Shown here in pieces: positions 34,602 through 45,251 of a stretch of 64,000 bases of DNA. Location: NCBI GenBank assembly GCA_947084945.1, contig CAMTUP010000015.1:24576-88575 (forward strand), written 5' to 3'. Source of the DNA: an uncultured Ignavibacteria bacterium. GTDB taxonomy: Bacteria > Bacteroidota > Ignavibacteria > Tepidaquicellales > OLB5. Made by a program: the position numbers and the translations under genes. The notes below the pieces were generated by a model, which saw only the letters and a program-made list of their open reading frames with translations, was not told the origin of the DNA and searched no databases. Within the stretch, counting starts at the first letter, position 1. The number at the start of each line of letters is the position of its first letter.

Positions 34602-35264
34602 ATGTTTAAACAGGCTCTGGCAATATGCAAAAAGGATTTTAAAAGCGAAATTAGGACACGCTATGCTATAAATGCACTGCTGATGTTCATTATTGTGATT
34701 ATTTCTGTAATAAAATTTTCTCTTGGCGAAGATAAGCTTTCAAGCGAAATGAATGCGGGTTTATTATGGATAATCATATTCTTTTCAACTTCAAATGGTT
34801 TATCAAGAGTATTTGTATCCGAAGAAGAACGCGGTACATCCTTAGTTCTAAAGTTAAGCTCTAATTCAGAATCAGTTTTTCTCGGCAAGTTAATTTTTAA
34901 CACATTCTTAACTTTCAGTATTAATTTTTTAATAATATTCCTTTACATCATAATTACCGGCCTTGATATTAAAAACCTTGCGCTATTTTCTTTGACAATT
35001 GGGCTTGGAAATCTTGGACTTTCTGCTGTAATGACCATAATTGCAGCTCTAATATCCAAAGCCAGTTCAAAAGGAACGCTATATCCTGTACTTTCTTTCC
35101 CTCTGTTATTACCGCTAATGCTCGCATCTATAAGCGCAACATGGCTTACCATTGATGGTGTGCCAATTAGCGCTATTGCAGGTGAACTTCAGATGATGAT
35201 ATCCTATACTATTGTTGTAATTACAGCATCTTTCCTTTTATTTGAGCTTGTTTGGAATGATTAG
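34602..35264 (+). CDS. ccmB: Heme-exporter protein B (CcmB)-like membrane protein
   Basis: 220 aa, six TM segments, with the FVSEEERGTSLVL motif resembling the CcmB ExExGT(L) loop. Confidence 0.55.
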   Translation: MFKQALAICKKDFKSEIRTRYAINALLMFIIVIISVIKFSLGEDKLSSEMNAGLLWIIIFFSTSNGLSRVFVSEEERGTSLVLKLSSNSESVFLGKLIFNTFLTFSINFLIIFLYIIITGLDIKNLALFSLTIGLGNLGLSAVMTIIAALISKASSKGTLYPVLSFPLLLPLMLASISATWLTIDGVPISAIAGELQMMISYTIVVITASFLLFELVWND

Positions 35265-35450
35265 CGGTAATTTATTCTTTAAAATCCTTTAAATTTTTAA
35301 TTTTGTATTAATAAAGCAAAAAAGCTACAAGAATAATAATCACTGATAATATCAAACAGTGTAAAAATTTTTGCACCCCTTAATTTCTAATTTTAACTTG
35401 ACATAACGACAAAAAACTTTTAGATTGAATCAATTTTCAGGAGATTTTAT

Positions 35451-36860
35451 ATGGGATTATTCGACGATATTGAATTCGAAGAAGGTTCTAAAAGGAAAAA
35501 TTTAGAAAAGGAAGAATTGATTGATGCTTTGTTGAGCAAGAGCGAGCACTTCATGCCTGATCTTGACATAGATTCAATTGATGATATTGTGAATTATTTG
35601 CTTGAAAGGAATCTTCACACAAAAGCTATATCCTGTCTTAACACACTGATTTTTTATTTTCCATATTCCAACGAAATATGGCAAAGAAAAGCTATTATTT
35701 ATGATCATAAAGGTGATTATAAAAAAGCAATTGAGTGCTTTGATAAGGCAATTAATCTTAACCCAAATGATGAAGAATCACTCATTAATAAAGGAATAAC
35801 TCTTGATAATTCTGGTTTGTTCACCGAATCTATTGAATGTTTTGATGAAGTACTGTATTTTTCTCCAAATAATATTGATGCCCTATTCAATAAAGGACTG
35901 ATACTTGAAAAAGTCGATAGGTTCTCAGATGCTATCGCTTGTTTCCAGAAAATTATTGATCTTGATCCGGATCATAAAGATTCCTATTACGAAATGGGCT
36001 ATTGTTATGATTACCTTGACAGGCTTACCGATTCACTTCAGGCATATGAAAAACATATTGAGATTGTTCCTTTCAACTATAATGCATGGTATAACAAAGG
36101 CGTTGTACAAAGCAGGATGGGAAGATATTATTATGCAGTTGAAAGCTATGAAATGGCTATATCTATAAACCCAAAGTTCGCTTCTGCATGGTACAACAAA
36201 GGTAATGCTTATGCTAGCCTTGGAATTCTTATCCGGGCAATTGAAGATTACAAAACAGCACTATTACTTAACCGCAAGGATGTATATGCTTTATATAATC
36301 TTGCAAGTGCTTATGAACAAATGAGCAATTATAAAGAAGCCATCGAGAACTTTACTAAAGCTGTTTCTATTGAGACAACTCATTATGAATCATATTTTGG
36401 CAGGGGTAACTGTTATTATCAGCTTGAAGATTTCAACAAAGCACTTCGCGATTATGATAAAGCTGTTGAACTATTCCGTGAAAATTCTGAACTTTGGTAT
36501 GCAAAAGCTGATGCAGAATACAATCTTGCAAAAATCCCCGAATCAATTCATAGCTATAAAAAGGTTCTTGCTTTAAGTCCAGATAACCACCAGGCTTATT
36601 TAGACCTTGCAAATACTTATATAGATATTGAAGAATATAAGCAAGCCGATGAATTATTATGCAAGCTTATTGATAAAAATGCTGCCTGGGCAGAACCATA
36701 TTATTCAAAAGCAAAGTTGTATTTTCTGCAGGGTGATGTTGAGTTGGGCTTACATAATATTGAAATGGCTTTTACTATGAATCCAAATGAAAGATTTGAA
36801 TTTGATTTTGAAAGAGATTGGGAAAAAGTACTACAGTTTTTAATTGCCAGAGATAGCTGA
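35451..36860 (+). CDS. TPR-repeat protein
   Basis: About 11 consecutive 34-aa TPR units (W.NKG.., A..YD.A..L.P.). 469 aa. Confidence 0.8.
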   Translation: MGLFDDIEFEEGSKRKNLEKEELIDALLSKSEHFMPDLDIDSIDDIVNYLLERNLHTKAISCLNTLIFYFPYSNEIWQRKAIIYDHKGDYKKAIECFDKAINLNPNDEESLINKGITLDNSGLFTESIECFDEVLYFSPNNIDALFNKGLILEKVDRFSDAIACFQKIIDLDPDHKDSYYEMGYCYDYLDRLTDSLQAYEKHIEIVPFNYNAWYNKGVVQSRMGRYYYAVESYEMAISINPKFASAWYNKGNAYASLGILIRAIEDYKTALLLNRKDVYALYNLASAYEQMSNYKEAIENFTKAVSIETTHYESYFGRGNCYYQLEDFNKALRDYDKAVELFRENSELWYAKADAEYNLAKIPESIHSYKKVLALSPDNHQAYLDLANTYIDIEEYKQADELLCKLIDKNAAWAEPYYSKAKLYFLQGDVELGLHNIEMAFTMNPNERFEFDFERDWEKVLQFLIARDS

Positions 36861-36936
36861 TAATTAACTTTTGGGAGCGTAGGGAATTAGATAGTCTATA
36901 AGATTGCTTCGCTCACAAAAAAACATTATCAAATCA

Positions 36937-37605
36937 CTACTCCTTTATTACTACATCAAGCACTTTTTTATCTTTTATCTGAAGAAGTCTCTTGCTCTTT
37001 AGTCTTCTAACAATATCATAGTTATGAGTTGCAATAAATACTGCAGTTCCTTTATAATTGATATTCAACAATAGCTTAATTATTTCAAAGGATACAAACG
37101 GATCAAGATTTCCTGTTGGTTCATCAGCTATCAAAATGTATGGCTCATTAACAATTGCGCGGGCTATTGATACTCGTTGCTGCTCTCCTCCTGAGAGTTC
37201 ATGCGGCATTTTTTTATATGAATCGAACACACCTACTTCGTTAAGTACATTAAAAACTTTTTTCTTTATCACATCAGGTTTCATTCCTGATAGATAAAGG
37301 GGCAAAGCAACATTTTCAAATATATCCCTGTCATTTAATAACTTGTAATCCTGGAAAACAAAACCTATCTTTCTTCTCAATACAGGTATTTCAGGTTTCT
37401 TAATATGCTTAGAACTGAAACCGTAAACTACAAGCTCACCTAATGCAGGATAAAGTTCCATATTAATCATTCTTAAAAGAGATGTTTTGCCTGTACCGCT
37501 TTCACCAATTAAAAAAACGAACTCTCCTTTATCTATCTTAAAGGATACATCGTTAAATAATTCTTTAGATGGATATGAAAATGAAATATTTTTGAAGTCT
37601 ATCAA
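36937..37605 (-). CDS. ftsE: Cell-division ABC ATPase FtsE
   Basis: [28 protein letters not shown] and ADEPTGNLD; the length and sequence are typical of FtsE. Confidence 0.8.
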   Translation of the reverse strand: MIDFKNISFSYPSKELFNDVSFKIDKGEFVFLIGESGTGKTSLLRMINMELYPALGELVVYGFSSKHIKKPEIPVLRRKIGFVFQDYKLLNDRDIFENVALPLYLSGMKPDVIKKKVFNVLNEVGVFDSYKKMPHELSGGEQQRVSIARAIVNEPYILIADEPTGNLDPFVSFEIIKLLLNINYKGTAVFIATHNYDIVRRLKSKRLLQIKDKKVLDVVIKE

Positions 37606-38586
37606 TTAATTCCTGTTTAATTTTTTATTATTTCTGTTCCGTGATAATTTATCTGCCCATTTAATTGCTTCTATTAAACTTACTTCGCTTGCTATGTTCT
37701 TACCAGCAATATCAAATGCAGTTCCATGATCTGGCGATGTACGTATAAACTCAAGTCCAGCAGTAAAATTTGTTCCTTTATGCCCGGCAAGCATTTTAAA
37801 CGGTATGAACCCCTGGTCATGATACATTGCAAGTATCATATCAAAATTACGGTATTTTTTTGAAGCAAAAAATGCATCAGGTGAATACGGACCTGATATT
37901 TTCAAATCTTTTTGTTTTTTGGCTACTGATTTAATAACAGGTGTAATAATATTTGTTTCTTCATCACCTATTATACCACTATCTCCAGCATGGGGATTTA
38001 ATCCCAACACTCCCATTCTGGGATTTCTGTAACCAAAATCTTTTTTAAGTGAATTATAACATGCTTCTATTTTGTCCTTCAATAATTTCTTTGTAATTAA
38101 ACCTGCAACTTCCTTTATAGGAGGGTGTGTTGTGGCAAAGGCAATATTTATTTTATCCGATAGCATTATCATACATGTATTTTTTGCATTACAAAGTGAT
38201 GTTAACATTTCAGTGTGACCGGTAAAATTATATCCACCCAGGTTTAAGGATTTTTTATTTATTGGAGCTGTAACAATAGCATCATATTCACCGCTAAATG
38301 CAAGCTGAATTGCTGTATCAATAGATAGCCCTGATAAATATCCTGATTCTTCTGTTATTTTACCAATTTGAACCTTTACTTTTTCTGAAGCAATAGGAAT
38401 AATATTAAAATTATCAAGTGATAATTTTATTTTATACTGTTTTGCGTAATATGAAAGAACCGAAAAAGGTGAAACTATTGTAATATCATACTTTTTAATG
38501 AATGAAACATGTTTAAGAGTTTTTAAAATGATCTCTGGACCTATTCCGTTAATATCACCAATTGTAACAAGAATTCTTGTTTTCAT
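37606..38586 (-). CDS. pdxA: 4-hydroxythreonine-4-phosphate dehydrogenase
   Basis: GDINGIGPEI, FTGHTE, NPHAGD, MYHDQG and TSPDHGTAFDIAGK. Confidence 0.9.
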   Translation of the reverse strand: MKTRILVTIGDINGIGPEIILKTLKHVSFIKKYDITIVSPFSVLSYYAKQYKIKLSLDNFNIIPIASEKVKVQIGKITEESGYLSGLSIDTAIQLAFSGEYDAIVTAPINKKSLNLGGYNFTGHTEMLTSLCNAKNTCMIMLSDKINIAFATTHPPIKEVAGLITKKLLKDKIEACYNSLKKDFGYRNPRMGVLGLNPHAGDSGIIGDEETNIITPVIKSVAKKQKDLKISGPYSPDAFFASKKYRNFDMILAMYHDQGFIPFKMLAGHKGTNFTAGLEFIRTSPDHGTAFDIAGKNIASEVSLIEAIKWADKLSRNRNNKKLNRN

Positions 38587-38705
38587 CTGACAAATATAAT
38601 TTTAAACAGGGCTATATACAATGAAGTTTAACATTGTATTGAATTAAATAAATAACTAATTTTACTTACATTTGAAAGTATTAAAACACTTAAATTATTT
38701 GCAAA

Positions 38706-40025
38706 ATGTTAAAACAAATAATTTTTTCTATATTTCTTGTAAATTTAGTCAGCCTGAGCACATTTTCACAAACCCCCGTTAAAGAATATGAACCCCCAAA
38801 AGTAATTGAAGGCAGTAATTTGCTTTTAAATTCTAACCCCAATATGCATATCTTTAATTCAGATAATTCACTGCAACAAACCAGGGTAAGTTACAATATT
38901 GATATTAATGCTAACTATACACGCTGGCGTTTAACAAATAGTATAGATTATACTTTTAAAGCAAATATCTCAACGTACTTCAGAAGATATTCGTATCCTA
39001 TTTTTGAAAATAGAAAATATTATAGTTCTCTTTTCCTAAATATGAGAGGCGGCTTGAGTTATTATTTATTAAAGAATAAATTTTTCATTGGAACCTATGC
39101 AAAATTTTCACAATCAATTAGTAATTCCGATAAACCGCGTACCTATATTTCATTATTCCCCAATATAGGATACGGAAAGATAATTGATGCAATGGTGGTA
39201 AACGAAACATCGAATTTCGAAAAAGTATTATTGAAGGAAAATTACATAAGCAAGCCGTTTGATAATATGACAAGGCAAATTATAAATAATTTACTTGATA
39301 AAAGAAACCACAGTGAATATTACAGTAAGTATAAAGATGATGCTGAAATAGAGTTTTTCACTGAACTTGAAAAGTACCTACTTAGAGAAAAAGTAATATC
39401 CAAACCACTGAATGCAAGAGCTACCATAAAGTTGTTACAGACTCTCGAGAACAGTTCATTTATCCTGTTTCCTCTATTTAAAGGATATCAGCTACAGGCT
39501 GAGTTCAATTATATAAAGTCAAACACAAAAGATACTATAGTATTTCCTCAAACAATCACTCTAAACGGCGCTTATGGTTTGCCTTTAGGAAGCAAAACAA
39601 GTTTACTCTTCACTTCACATTTTATTTTTCCCATAAGTAGTAGTTTTAACGTTGATTACCGGCAATTCAATATGCACTCTCCAATTTTCTTGAAATCTGA
39701 ATTCCAATTAGAAAATAATTATTCCTTAGTTAATCCCAGTTTTATTTATCTTGGTAACGATTTATATGATTATAAAGCTGCTGCAAGTGTTTATTTATTC
39801 CATTATCTAAATCCAACAGTAGGAATAATTGGTAGTATTGAATATACAACTGGTAAGAAGAAGCTTCTGAGTAAAAAACTTGATAATTTTCTGAATGCAG
39901 ATGCAGTATTATTATTCAATATCCTGAATAAAATGAAACTCTCAACAGGAGTGCATTTTTCACAATATCCGAAAGATTCATATAACTTTTCTTTCAGCAG
40001 CGGTATTTCTTATTTTATTTTTTAA
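38706..40025 (+). CDS. Hypothetical outer-membrane beta-barrel protein
   Basis: Signal peptide, alternating beta-strand pattern and a C-terminal ..GISYFIF aromatic terminus. Confidence 0.5.
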   Translation: MLKQIIFSIFLVNLVSLSTFSQTPVKEYEPPKVIEGSNLLLNSNPNMHIFNSDNSLQQTRVSYNIDINANYTRWRLTNSIDYTFKANISTYFRRYSYPIFENRKYYSSLFLNMRGGLSYYLLKNKFFIGTYAKFSQSISNSDKPRTYISLFPNIGYGKIIDAMVVNETSNFEKVLLKENYISKPFDNMTRQIINNLLDKRNHSEYYSKYKDDAEIEFFTELEKYLLREKVISKPLNARATIKLLQTLENSSFILFPLFKGYQLQAEFNYIKSNTKDTIVFPQTITLNGAYGLPLGSKTSLLFTSHFIFPISSSFNVDYRQFNMHSPIFLKSEFQLENNYSLVNPSFIYLGNDLYDYKAAASVYLFHYLNPTVGIIGSIEYTTGKKKLLSKKLDNFLNADAVLLFNILNKMKLSTGVHFSQYPKDSYNFSFSSGISYFIF

Positions 40026-40046
40026 AGGTCTTAAACAGATTTATAT

Positions 40047-41171
40047 TTAAGCAGTCTGGTATTTTAACCTAAAATACTCACGAGCCGCTTCAATCCTTCT
40101 TTTAATGGAAGGATGTGAATATGTCCAGAATTCAACAAACCTATTAGGCTCATCATCTGCAAGATTTTGCTCAGCAAGTTTTTTCATGGTAGATTCCAGT
40201 GAATCAGGGTCTTTTGTTGTATCTATTGCGAACCTATCAGCTTCAAACTCAAATTTGCGTGATATTCCTGCTGTTATAGGACTGGTTAAAAAGCTGTATA
40301 TGGCTGCTATTAGTGCAAGAAGTGGCAATGCCCCTATTTCCCACGGATAAGAGAACCCAAATACCGGTAATAATTTTAAATATACTTGTGACATTACAAA
40401 CAGCCCAATCATAGTACCAAAAAGAGAAATGACAATATTTTTTATTAAATGTCCTTTTTTGTAGTGACCCAGTTCATGCGCAAAAACTGTTTCAATTTCT
40501 TTTTCAGTAAAGGTTTCTATAAGTGTATCACCTAATATTATTCTCTTTGTCTTACCCATTCCTGTAAATGCTGCATTAGCTTTTTTTGTAGTTTTGCTCA
40601 TATCAAATTTATAAACACCACTCACTTTAAACCCGGCTTTATCACACAAAGCTAATAATTTATTTTTCAAATCTTCATTATCAATTGAAGTGAATTTATA
40701 AAACATTGGAAAAATTAACACTGGTGCTATCTGCGCAAGCAAAATAGAATATACCCAAACAATACAGGCAAGATAAAACCACCACAAAACATAACTTGAA
40801 ATTAGCCAGTAAAACAAAAAAGCAATTGGCGCTGCAATTATGCTTCCAATAAGAGCAACTTTAGCTTTTTCCAATAACCACCCGCCGAATGTTAAGTTTG
40901 ATAGTCCAAATTTATGCTCAAGCCTGTAGCCGAATGCATAGTCAGCAGGGAATGATACAATTGAGCTGAATAAACCGATAACGAGTCCATATATAATTAA
41001 TGCAATGTAAGGATTTGATGTAAACCCGAACGAATATACTTCCAGACTTTTGCTGTAGCCAAACCACAAGAATAGTAATAATATTATAAAAGATATCACT
41101 GATTCTGTAATACTTACTGTCCGTTTTATCTTTTCATATTTCTTGGCTAATTCTTTCCTTGTCTCATTCAT
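40047..41171 (-). CDS. M48-family (Ste24/HtpX-like) zinc metalloprotease
   Basis: HExxH as FAHELGHYKKGH, a downstream EFEADRFA, and multiple TM segments. The start is placed at MNETRKEL. Confidence 0.85.
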   Translation of the reverse strand: MNETRKELAKKYEKIKRTVSITESVISFIILLLFLWFGYSKSLEVYSFGFTSNPYIALIIYGLVIGLFSSIVSFPADYAFGYRLEHKFGLSNLTFGGWLLEKAKVALIGSIIAAPIAFLFYWLISSYVLWWFYLACIVWVYSILLAQIAPVLIFPMFYKFTSIDNEDLKNKLLALCDKAGFKVSGVYKFDMSKTTKKANAAFTGMGKTKRIILGDTLIETFTEKEIETVFAHELGHYKKGHLIKNIVISLFGTMIGLFVMSQVYLKLLPVFGFSYPWEIGALPLLALIAAIYSFLTSPITAGISRKFEFEADRFAIDTTKDPDSLESTMKKLAEQNLADDEPNRFVEFWTYSHPSIKRRIEAAREYFRLKYQTA

Positions 41172-41326
41172 AACTGCAAAATTAATCTTATAAAAAATTA
41201 GATTAAACTGAAAAAATAGTGCTGAATTTATGATACAATTATTCATATTGCTATCAAAAATACTTCATTTTACGTTCATAATTATTTACCTATATTTGTA
41301 ATAATAATAATTTTAATATCCGTCTA

Positions 41327-43006
41327 ATGAAAGTATTAAAAATACTTGTTTTCGCTTTATTTTGCATATTTTTAGCATCATGCAGCAAAAAGCCCGAAGT
41401 AATTTATATCAACGGAAAGATATATACTTTAGATAAAAATAATACTGTTGTTGAAGCATTAGCTGTTTATGAAGGCAAGATACTTGCAACAGGTAAATCA
41501 AGCGAGCTGACCGAAAAATACAAAGATGCTAAAATAATTGACCTAAAAGGCAAAACAGTAGTACCCGGATTTATTGATGCTGAAGCAAACCTAATGGAAT
41601 TTTCCAAACAACTAAGTTTGCTTGACCTGAGGAATGCAAGATCAATTGACGAGATTTTAAACATTGTTAAAGAACGTTCAAAAATATCAAAGACTAATGA
41701 ATGGATTGGCGGCTTTGGATGGGATGAACTAAAACTTTCTAATAAAGATCTTGAAAAACTTAATTATAGCATACTGGATAATGTATCCTCTACACAATAT
41801 ATTTATCTTGTTAACGCACTTGGTAACACAACATGGGTAAATAAAAAAGTTTTAGACCTAACCAAAGTTACAAAAGATACTCCCGACCCTGAAAATGGCG
41901 CAATTGGGTTTGGAGATAACAATAATCCAAACGGCTTGTTTTATGAATCCGCACAAGAGCTTATTATTAACATTCTTCCGCAGCCATCTGAACAGGAAGT
42001 GATGAGCAATATCTCTCGCGGTATTAACGAACTTTTCAAATACGGGATAACAGAAATAAATGATGCTAATATCACCGAACAGGGCTTGAATGTTTATAAA
42101 AAAATGGTTGATGATAATATATTCCCTATCAGGTTATATGCTATGATCCCAGGCAAAGGTCCACTCTTTGAAAAATTCATGTCTAGCGGACCTGAAAACT
42201 ATAAAGATAGAATTAACATTAAATGTGTAAGCCTTGAATATGACGGTTATTTCGAAACACAGGATGCAGCTATGGTTAATGATTATATAAATGAACCCAA
42301 GAGAATGACCCCGTTTAATGATGATTTTGACATTAAGGAAATGACAATGAAAGCAAATGAGAAAGATTTTCAGATTTCAGTTAAGACAGTTGGGGACAGG
42401 GCTTTAACGCAGACGCTTAATGCAATTGAATCGGTTAACAAGGAGGTTAAATCTAAAGCAGGCAGAATGAGGCTTGAATATCTCGAATTTGTAACACCAG
42501 CAGATATGCAGCGAATTAAGCAGATGGAAATTATCCCTTCTATTAGACCTGAAGTAACTCTTACTAATAAATTATTATTGAATGATTTAATTAAACCTGA
42601 AAATGTTCAAAATCTTGGGCTATGGAATTCTTTATTCAAACAGAATAATATGATAATTTCCGGTACTGACTTCCCATATCATACTATTAACCCGCTTGTT
42701 ATAATGTATTACCTTTCAAGCGGTCTTTCGGTTGATACTGCTGCTAACAGGCTTGTAAATAATGCCGCTCAAAAACTTTCAGTTCTGGATGCGCTTAAAT
42801 CATTTACGGTTTATTCTGCATATGCTTCTTTTGCTGATGATGTAAAAGGAACACTCGAAAAAGATAAATTTGCTGATATGGTCGTACTTTCAGATGATAT
42901 AGTAACTTCTGATCCGCAAATGCTGCTTAAGGCTAAAATATTAATGACTATCATTCGCGGTGAGGTAGTGTATGATAATAAAAGTACGGGGGCTTACCTT
43001 AATTAG
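41327..43006 (+). CDS. Amidohydrolase-fold (YtcJ/Amidohydro_3-like) lipoprotein, probably non-catalytic
   Basis: Family-like N-terminus (IYINGKIYTLD...GKTVVPGFID) and C-terminus (ADMVVLSDD...). The expected HxH reads AEAN (41576-41590), and other His positions read T and Y. Lipobox FLASCS. Confidence 0.65.
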   Translation: MKVLKILVFALFCIFLASCSKKPEVIYINGKIYTLDKNNTVVEALAVYEGKILATGKSSELTEKYKDAKIIDLKGKTVVPGFIDAEANLMEFSKQLSLLDLRNARSIDEILNIVKERSKISKTNEWIGGFGWDELKLSNKDLEKLNYSILDNVSSTQYIYLVNALGNTTWVNKKVLDLTKVTKDTPDPENGAIGFGDNNNPNGLFYESAQELIINILPQPSEQEVMSNISRGINELFKYGITEINDANITEQGLNVYKKMVDDNIFPIRLYAMIPGKGPLFEKFMSSGPENYKDRINIKCVSLEYDGYFETQDAAMVNDYINEPKRMTPFNDDFDIKEMTMKANEKDFQISVKTVGDRALTQTLNAIESVNKEVKSKAGRMRLEYLEFVTPADMQRIKQMEIIPSIRPEVTLTNKLLLNDLIKPENVQNLGLWNSLFKQNNMIISGTDFPYHTINPLVIMYYLSSGLSVDTAANRLVNNAAQKLSVLDALKSFTVYSAYASFADDVKGTLEKDKFADMVVLSDDIVTSDPQMLLKAKILMTIIRGEVVYDNKSTGAYLN

Positions 43007-43032
43007 TAACTCTGTAATCATACTTGTTATAA

Positions 43033-43905
43033 ATGAATGAAACTGTTAAAACCTGGAATGTTCTTGAAATTTTAAAAGTAACTGAAAATGTCTTTGCAGA
43101 AAAAGGGATAAATAATCCCAGGTTAAATGCAGAATTGCTGCTTAGCGATACCACAGGATACAGCAGAATAAACCTATACTTGAATTTCGAAAAACCACTT
43201 ACTGATAAAGAGGTTTCTGATTATAGGGTAAAGGTTAAACGCCGACTTAAACTTGAACCTTTACAGTATATTTTAGGTAAAACTGAATTTTACAGTTTAA
43301 GTTTTAAAGTTACACCTGATGTACTTATTCCAAGACAGGAAACGGAAATACTTGTTGATATTGTTTTAGAGTTTATTAAATCTAAAAACTTAAATAAACC
43401 CCGTATCCTTGAAATAGGAACAGGCTCTGGATGTATTTCAGTTGCAATTGCAGCAAATACTGAATGTTTAATTGATGCAATAGATATAAGCAATGAAGCT
43501 TTGAAGATAGCCAAAGAAAACAGCATGCTGAACAATCTAACTAATAAAATAAATTTCATTCAACAAGATTTTTTTAATTCATGTGATTCATTTAAAGAAT
43601 ATGATATAGTTGTTAGCAATCCGCCTTATATAGCTGCTGCTGATCTCAAAAATCTCAATGAAGAAGTTAATCAATACGAACCGTCTATTGCACTAACTGA
43701 TAATAATGATGGCTTAACATTTTATAAAAGAATTTTCGAACTTGCCCTTAATACAAAAAACAGCCCTGCTATTTTCTTAGAAATTGGCGATGGAAAAAAA
43801 GATGCTATTGTTACACTTTTAGATAACTACAAAATAGAAAATTTTTCAATTCATAATGATTTAATAAATATACCAAGGGTTTTAAAAGTTGAGCCAATCA
43901 TATAA
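43033..43905 (+). CDS. prmC: Release-factor glutamine N5-methyltransferase
   Basis: EPLQYILGKTEFY, the SAM motif ILEIGTGSGCI and the catalytic NPPY (VVSNPPYI). Confidence 0.9.
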   Translation: MNETVKTWNVLEILKVTENVFAEKGINNPRLNAELLLSDTTGYSRINLYLNFEKPLTDKEVSDYRVKVKRRLKLEPLQYILGKTEFYSLSFKVTPDVLIPRQETEILVDIVLEFIKSKNLNKPRILEIGTGSGCISVAIAANTECLIDAIDISNEALKIAKENSMLNNLTNKINFIQQDFFNSCDSFKEYDIVVSNPPYIAAADLKNLNEEVNQYEPSIALTDNNDGLTFYKRIFELALNTKNSPAIFLEIGDGKKDAIVTLLDNYKIENFSIHNDLINIPRVLKVEPII

Positions 43906-43908
43906 TTA

Positions 43909-44364
43909 ATGATAGCACTAATACAAAGGACTACTGAATGTAATGTCTCGGTGAACTCTGATCTAATTGACAGTATGCGTGCCGGACTTCTTGTTTTCCT
44001 AGGGGTTAAAGAGGGTGATACTGAAACTGATGCTGCATATCTTGCGGCTAAAACAGTTAACTTAAGGATATTTTCTGATGAAAACGACAAAATGAATTTA
44101 TCTTTACTAGATACCGGCTTTGATTTAATGATAGTTTCTCAGTTCACTCTGCATGCCGATACAAAACATGGCAATCGTCCCAGTTTTACCGATGCAGCAG
44201 ACCCAAAAAATGCAGAAGAACTTTATGAGTTCTACATACAGGAAGTTAAGAACCTTATTGGTTTTGATAAAGTTCACAAAGGTGAATTTGGTGCTATGAT
44301 GAAAGTTAAGATTGTGAATGATGGACCTGTAACAATAATTTTAAGAAGTAAAAACGATTATTAA
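43909..44364 (+). CDS. dtd: D-aminoacyl-tRNA deacylase
   Basis: MIALIQR, LLVFLGV, SQFTL and NDGPVT motifs; 151 aa. Confidence 0.9.
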   Translation: MIALIQRTTECNVSVNSDLIDSMRAGLLVFLGVKEGDTETDAAYLAAKTVNLRIFSDENDKMNLSLLDTGFDLMIVSQFTLHADTKHGNRPSFTDAADPKNAEELYEFYIQEVKNLIGFDKVHKGEFGAMMKVKIVNDGPVTIILRSKNDY

Positions 44365-44381
44365 TTATTATTGAACCTATA

Positions 44382-45245
44382 TTGGAAAACATTTTAATAA
44401 TTGGTTACGGAAAGCTTGGCTCTCACCTATACTACGCATTTAAAAATGCAGGCAAAAGATATGATATTTCAGTTTTTAAAAGTATAAAAACAACAGCCAG
44501 TAAATTCAATAAACTGGTTGAGAAATCCAATTTAATTTTTATCTGTGTTCAGGATTCAAAAATACCGGAAGCAGTATCATTAATTTATAGAACATCTGTA
44601 AACCTTAAAGGAAAATATATTTTTCATACATCGGGAGCTTTAACAAGCGATAAGCTTACATCACTAAAAGAAAAAGGAGCAAGCACTGCAAGTTTCCACC
44701 CGGTTCAAACATTTGAACGGAAAGCATTAAAACATTCAAAGAGATTTAATGATATATACATCGCTTTGGAAGGAACTAAAACTGCTGTGATAAAAGCTGC
44801 ACTTTTATCACGAATATTTAAGGCTATTCCGTTTGTTATAAAAAAAGAAAATAAAGTATATCATCATATATGCTGTGTAATGGCATCAAATTACCTAACA
44901 GTATTATATAGCAAAATTGAAGAAACCGGCTCTAAAAAGATACAAATAAATGGGTTTAATAAACTCAAATTTTTCGACATATATATGCCTCTAGCGCTGC
45001 AAACACTTGAAAATATTTCATCAGCGGGACCTAAAGCAGCATTAACCGGACCCATTGAGCGTAACGATATAAGTATTTTAGAAAGTCATTTAAAAGCATT
45101 AAGTACTGCCGGAAAAGATATACTTTTTTACTATGTAATGATGGGAATTGAAACAGTTAAACTTGCGTTAAAGAAGAAAAGCATTAATAATCAACAGGCA
45201 GACAAAATATATAAGTTGTTTTCTAAATACATAAAATTACACTAA
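44382..45245 (+). CDS. Rossmann-like / DUF2520-domain protein
   Basis: N-terminal ILIIGYGKLGSHL dinucleotide-binding motif and C-terminal ALTGPIERNDISILESHLKAL. TTG start. Confidence 0.65.
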   Translation: MENILIIGYGKLGSHLYYAFKNAGKRYDISVFKSIKTTASKFNKLVEKSNLIFICVQDSKIPEAVSLIYRTSVNLKGKYIFHTSGALTSDKLTSLKEKGASTASFHPVQTFERKALKHSKRFNDIYIALEGTKTAVIKAALLSRIFKAIPFVIKKENKVYHHICCVMASNYLTVLYSKIEETGSKKIQINGFNKLKFFDIYMPLALQTLENISSAGPKAALTGPIERNDISILESHLKALSTAGKDILFYYVMMGIETVKLALKKKSINNQQADKIYKLFSKYIKLH

Positions 45246-45251
45246 TTTATA

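Noticed and set aside
33831-35264. The ccmA/ccmB-like pair as evidence for a complete cytochrome c maturation system I
   Set aside because: No ccmC-H genes follow (a TPR gene is next). The assignment of the ATPase rests only on adjacency, so it is kept as a moderate-confidence annotation rather than a finding.
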